Of a stretch of DNA of 64,000 nt, positions 60,428 through 64,000 are shown one piece after another; positions within the stretch are counted from its first letter, which is position 1; every line of letters begins with the position of its first letter. Source of the DNA: an uncultured Candidatus Binatia bacterium (GTDB lineage Bacteria > Desulfobacterota > Binatia > Bin18); assembly GCA_965200965.1 (NCBI GenBank), contig OZ241744.1:1504001-1568000 (forward strand). The letters run 5' to 3'. The translations under genes and the position numbers were made by a program. Under the pieces are notes generated by a model. It was not told where the DNA came from, did no database searches, and saw only the letters and a program-made list of their open reading frames with translations.

Positions 60428-60995
60428 CAGCCCTCTTCCTGGCGAGTGTGGTATGAACTTCGGCGTAGAGGCTGACCCGCTTCTCGTTCATCGCTATCCG
60501 ATAGCCACGCGCTTCAACGTTCAGGTCCTGGCCAACAATGTAGACCGTGTCCGATGCCGAGACCGTATTCTCGGCGCTGTCGTACAGCGCGGTTTGGGTT
60601 TTAAGAGAAAACTCGCCGATCTGTATTTCCAGGTCGCCGCTCAGCTTCATACGGACAATCTCCTGCATGCCATCGCCGAGCAAGATTCTGCCTTCTCGGC
60701 ACCGCAGGGCAATAACCTCACCGCTGTCGAGGTACAGAGACACGCTCGGAGAATCGACAAGCAACTCTCTGCTGTCCTCAAAGAAACGCGCCCGGGTGGC
60801 GGCAATTTCCCAGATTTTTTTTCCGTCGTGCCTTTTGACCCGCCGGAAATTTTGCATCCGCTGGTCTGCGTCGACTGGGAGTTCTTGAGCGCTCTGGGGC
60901 TGGAGCCACAGCCCCACGCCCAAGCGGTAGCCAATCCCAGCCAGGATGCATATGACAACAGAACCGATAACAAAACGTGCCTGATTTCGACTCAT
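60414..60995 (-). CDS. lptC: LPS export protein LptC
   Basis: N-terminal TM anchor, GKKIWEI.A..A pattern and synteny. Confidence 0.8.
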   Translation of the reverse strand: MSRNQARFVIGSVVICILAGIGYRLGVGLWLQPQSAQELPVDADQRMQNFRRVKRHDGKKIWEIAATRARFFEDSRELLVDSPSVSLYLDSGEVIALRCREGRILLGDGMQEIVRMKLSGDLEIQIGEFSLKTQTALYDSAENTVSASDTVYIVGQDLNVEARGYRIAMNEKRVSLYAEVHTTLARKRADDNI

Positions 60996-61094
60996 TGAGA
61001 GACCACCTGGGCAGGTAGCATACCACCTCTGCCAAACCGGGCAAAGGGGAGACCCGCCCCCGTCCGTTCGGATGAGATCTCGACCGGGATGTCC

Positions 61095-61946
61095 CTAGGC
61101 TTTCACTAGTCGGTCAATGCTCTGCAGGGTCTGTAACAGCGACGTGAGTTGGTCCAGAGGAAAAACGCTCGCGCTGTCGCTGCGGGCTTGGTCCGGGTGG
61201 TGGTGAACCTCCATGAACAGGCCGTCAATACCCACGGCCGCCGCGGCCCGGGCCAGAGGAGCGATGAATTCCCGCTGACCGCCCGAGCTCGGACCCTGCC
61301 CTCCGGGCAGCTGCACGCTGTGGGTGGCGTCATACACCACGGGGTAGCCGCTGTGGGCCATAATCGGCAGCGAACGGAAGTCTGAGACGAGATAATTATA
61401 GCCAAAACTGGCTCCCCGTTCGGTCAGCAGAATATGCCGATTGCCGGTTGAGGCAACTTTTTGGGCCGCATGGGCGATATCGGCCGGGGCGAGAAACTGG
61501 CCCTTCTTGATATTGACCACCCGACCGCTCTGGCCAGCCGCAATCAACAGGTCTGTCTGACGGCACAGAAAGGCCGGAATCTGCACAATATCGGCCACTT
61601 CTGCCGCCGCCCGGACCTCCTGGGGAGTATGGACATCGGTCAGAATCGGTACCTCTAGTGCACATTTCACACTGGCCAGTATGCCTAGCCCCTCGTCCTG
61701 GCCCGGTCCCCGGAAGGACTCCACCGAGGTCCGATTAGCCTTATCGTACGAGGATTTATAGACCAGCGGGATGTGGAGACGATCGGTCAGACTTTTGAGA
61801 GCTTGGGCGTGATACAGGGCGGAATCCCGGCTCTCAATGACGCACGGGCCAGCCATCAGGACAAACGGTCGTCCCTGGCCACACACCAGGGGGCCGATTG
61901 GGACGGCGTTTGGGCGACACTCGCGGATCATATGCCTGAGGCTCAC
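61095..61946 (-). CDS. kdsA: KDO8P synthase
   Basis: [27 protein letters not shown] and DATHSVQ. Confidence 0.96.
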   Translation of the reverse strand: MSLRHMIRECRPNAVPIGPLVCGQGRPFVLMAGPCVIESRDSALYHAQALKSLTDRLHIPLVYKSSYDKANRTSVESFRGPGQDEGLGILASVKCALEVPILTDVHTPQEVRAAAEVADIVQIPAFLCRQTDLLIAAGQSGRVVNIKKGQFLAPADIAHAAQKVASTGNRHILLTERGASFGYNYLVSDFRSLPIMAHSGYPVVYDATHSVQLPGGQGPSSGGQREFIAPLARAAAAVGIDGLFMEVHHHPDQARSDSASVFPLDQLTSLLQTLQSIDRLVKA

Positions 61947-63664
61947 CCTTCCCCACCGTGAATAATGTGGTTCATCCTGAGCTGTGGATCAGGCAGAGAG
62001 GATGAAGCACATGAAGCCTGCAACAGGGGGGCTGGGTCATAGCGGGCTCTGCGCTGTAGAGCCGCCTGAATAAAGCCCCTGAACAGCGGATGACAGTCAA
62101 ACGGGCGCGATTTAAACTCGGGGTGGAACTGGACGCCGATAAACCACGGGTGGTCGCGCAGTTCAACAATTTCGATCAAGCTCCGATCGGGCGACATGCC
62201 GCTAAAGATCATGCCTTTCTGGCTTAATTGGTGGCGATAGGCGTTGTTGAATTCATAGCGGTGGCGGTGCCGCTCGGAGACACGCTTCTTGCCGTAGACC
62301 TTGGCGGCCAGACTGCTGTCCAGGACCGTGCAGGGATAGGCACCCAGGCGCATTGTGCCACCTTTTTCCAGAATGTCGTGCTGGTGGGCCATGAGGGCAA
62401 TGACCGGATGGGGGGTGTCAGGGTCAATCTCGGCCGAGTTGGCCTTGTCCAGACCGCATACATTGCGGCTGAACTCAATCACCGCCATTTGCATCCCAAA
62501 ACAGATGCCCAAAAACGGGAGGCCTTCTTCGCGGGCATGGCGCACGGCCGCAATTTTGCCCTCCGTGCCACGCTGGCCAAAGCCCGTCGGGACCAGAATA
62601 CCGTCGGCTTGGTGCAGCGCGTCCGGAAACCCGCCGGCTTCGAGCCGTTCTGAGTCGATATGGTCAACCTCAACCCGACACTCGTTGGCAAAGCCACCGT
62701 GCGCCAGGGCTTCGTTCAAGCTCTTATACGAGTCAATCAGATTGACATATTTGCCGATCATGACAATCCGCACCCGGTCTCGTGGCTGCTGAAAAGCCCG
62801 GACAATTTTTTCCCAGCGGCTCAGGTCTGGGGTGCCAGTCCACATATTCAGCTTATCAACCACACACTGATCGAGCCCCTCCTGATGAAAGACCAGCGGG
62901 ACCTCGTAGATGCAGTCTGCGTCTTTGGCCGTAATCACCGAGTGCTCGTCCACATTGCAGAAATGGGCAATTTTGGCTTTGACCTTGGGGTCAAGGGAGC
63001 GGTCGGTCCGACACAGCAACACATCGGCTTGAATTCCTACACTGGTCAACTCTTTGACGCTGTGTTGGGTGGGTTTGGTCTTGAGTTCACCGGCCGCCGA
63101 GATAAAAGGCACCAGGGTCAGGTGGAGGTATAAAACATGTTCCCGTCCCCAGTCCCAGCGGAACTGGCGGATCGCCTCCAGAAACGGCAGGCTCTCAATA
63201 TCTCCGACCGTGCCGCCCACCTCGCAGATGGCAACGTCAAACCCTTCTGCGGCACTCAGGATGCGCCGCTTGATCTCATCCGTGATATGCGGAATGACCT
63301 GAACCGTGCCGCCCAGATAGTCGCCTCGACGCTCCCGAGCAATGACCGTGTCGTAGACTTGACCGGTGGTAAAGCTGTTCTGGCCACCAAGCGAAGTCGA
63401 AACATAACGCTCATAATGCCCCAGATCGAGGTCGGTCTCGGCCCCGTCATCGGTTACAAAGACTTCCCCGTGCTGAAAGGGGTTCATGGTACCGGGATCA
63501 ACGTTGATATACGGGTCCATCTTCAGCAGGGTGACCTTCAGCCCCCGGCTCTCTAACAAGCCACCGAGCGACGCCGCGGCCAAGCCCTTGCCCAAAGACG
63601 AAACAACCCCTCCTGTGACAAAGATAAACTTTGTCTTGCGCCCTTCTCTCCCAGCGGTCGTCAT
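61943..63664 (-). CDS. pyrG: CTP synthase
   Basis: [18 protein letters not shown] and QFHPEF. Confidence 0.97.
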   Translation of the reverse strand: MTTAGREGRKTKFIFVTGGVVSSLGKGLAAASLGGLLESRGLKVTLLKMDPYINVDPGTMNPFQHGEVFVTDDGAETDLDLGHYERYVSTSLGGQNSFTTGQVYDTVIARERRGDYLGGTVQVIPHITDEIKRRILSAAEGFDVAICEVGGTVGDIESLPFLEAIRQFRWDWGREHVLYLHLTLVPFISAAGELKTKPTQHSVKELTSVGIQADVLLCRTDRSLDPKVKAKIAHFCNVDEHSVITAKDADCIYEVPLVFHQEGLDQCVVDKLNMWTGTPDLSRWEKIVRAFQQPRDRVRIVMIGKYVNLIDSYKSLNEALAHGGFANECRVEVDHIDSERLEAGGFPDALHQADGILVPTGFGQRGTEGKIAAVRHAREEGLPFLGICFGMQMAVIEFSRNVCGLDKANSAEIDPDTPHPVIALMAHQHDILEKGGTMRLGAYPCTVLDSSLAAKVYGKKRVSERHRHRYEFNNAYRHQLSQKGMIFSGMSPDRSLIEIVELRDHPWFIGVQFHPEFKSRPFDCHPLFRGFIQAALQRRARYDPAPLLQASCASSSLPDPQLRMNHIIHGGEG

Positions 63665-64000
63665 GGCAACATCTCCTCTGCACGACATAGATCGAGCGGC
63701 GTGTCAACCTCGACCGTCGGCCGTTCCGTTTCCGTCACTCGAATCTTATAGCCCCATTCCAAAGCCCGGAGTTGTTCGAGCTGTTCGGCCTCCTCCAAGG
63801 GGGTTGGCGCAAGCCTGCTCAAGGCCAACAGGAAGTCTCGACGATAGACATACAGGCCAATGTGACGGAAGCTCCCCCTGTGGGCTGGGCTGGGCAGCTG
63901 ACGGTAAAACGGAATCGGGCTGCGCGAAAAATACACGGCAAATCCGTCCCGGTCGGTCACCACTTTCACCACATTGGGGTTCTGCCACTCCTCACGGCTC
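63661..64000 (-). CDS. kdsB: CMP-KDO synthetase, 3' part only
   Basis: [29 protein letters not shown] and VDTP. Confidence 0.92.
   Translation of the reverse strand, partial: SREEWQNPNVVKVVTDRDGFAVYFSRSPIPFYRQLPSPAHRGSFRHIGLYVYRRDFLLALSRLAPTPLEEAEQLEQLRALEWGYKIRVTETERPTVEVDTPLDLCRAEEMLP

Overview
GC-rich bacterial chromosomal window from a diderm (LPS-making) organism; the gene order looks deltaproteobacterial/Binatia-like (inference). Left to right it contains: (1) the 3' part of an alternative complex III operon (ActB, fused ActC-ActD, ActE, ActF); (2) a convergent PQQ alcohol dehydrogenase with a lanthanide-type WDYDG motif, a frameshifted ArsC-family gene and pqqABCDE plus a permease; (3) an M14 carboxypeptidase and an NRAMP-like transporter; (4) a tight operon of a CoA-transferase-like pair apparently lacking the catalytic Glu, a small unknown protein and squalene-hopene cyclase; (5) an AT-richer ApeA-like HEPN gene with a lipoprotein; (6) an MMPL transporter; (7) an mrp antiporter operon interrupted by a doubly frameshifted secreted metallopeptidase gene; (8) lptD-folC-accD; (9) a cobalamin riboswitch with a BtuB-like receptor and a convergent ABC transporter; (10) a decayed accessory patch (GTPase-like pseudogene, intact antitoxin, broken PIN toxin, REP-like palindromes); (11) housekeeping genes from glnS to kdsB, including an internally deleted rapZ. 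No rRNA, tRNA, CRISPR array or intact transposase was recognised. All calls come from reading motifs by eye; no searches were run.
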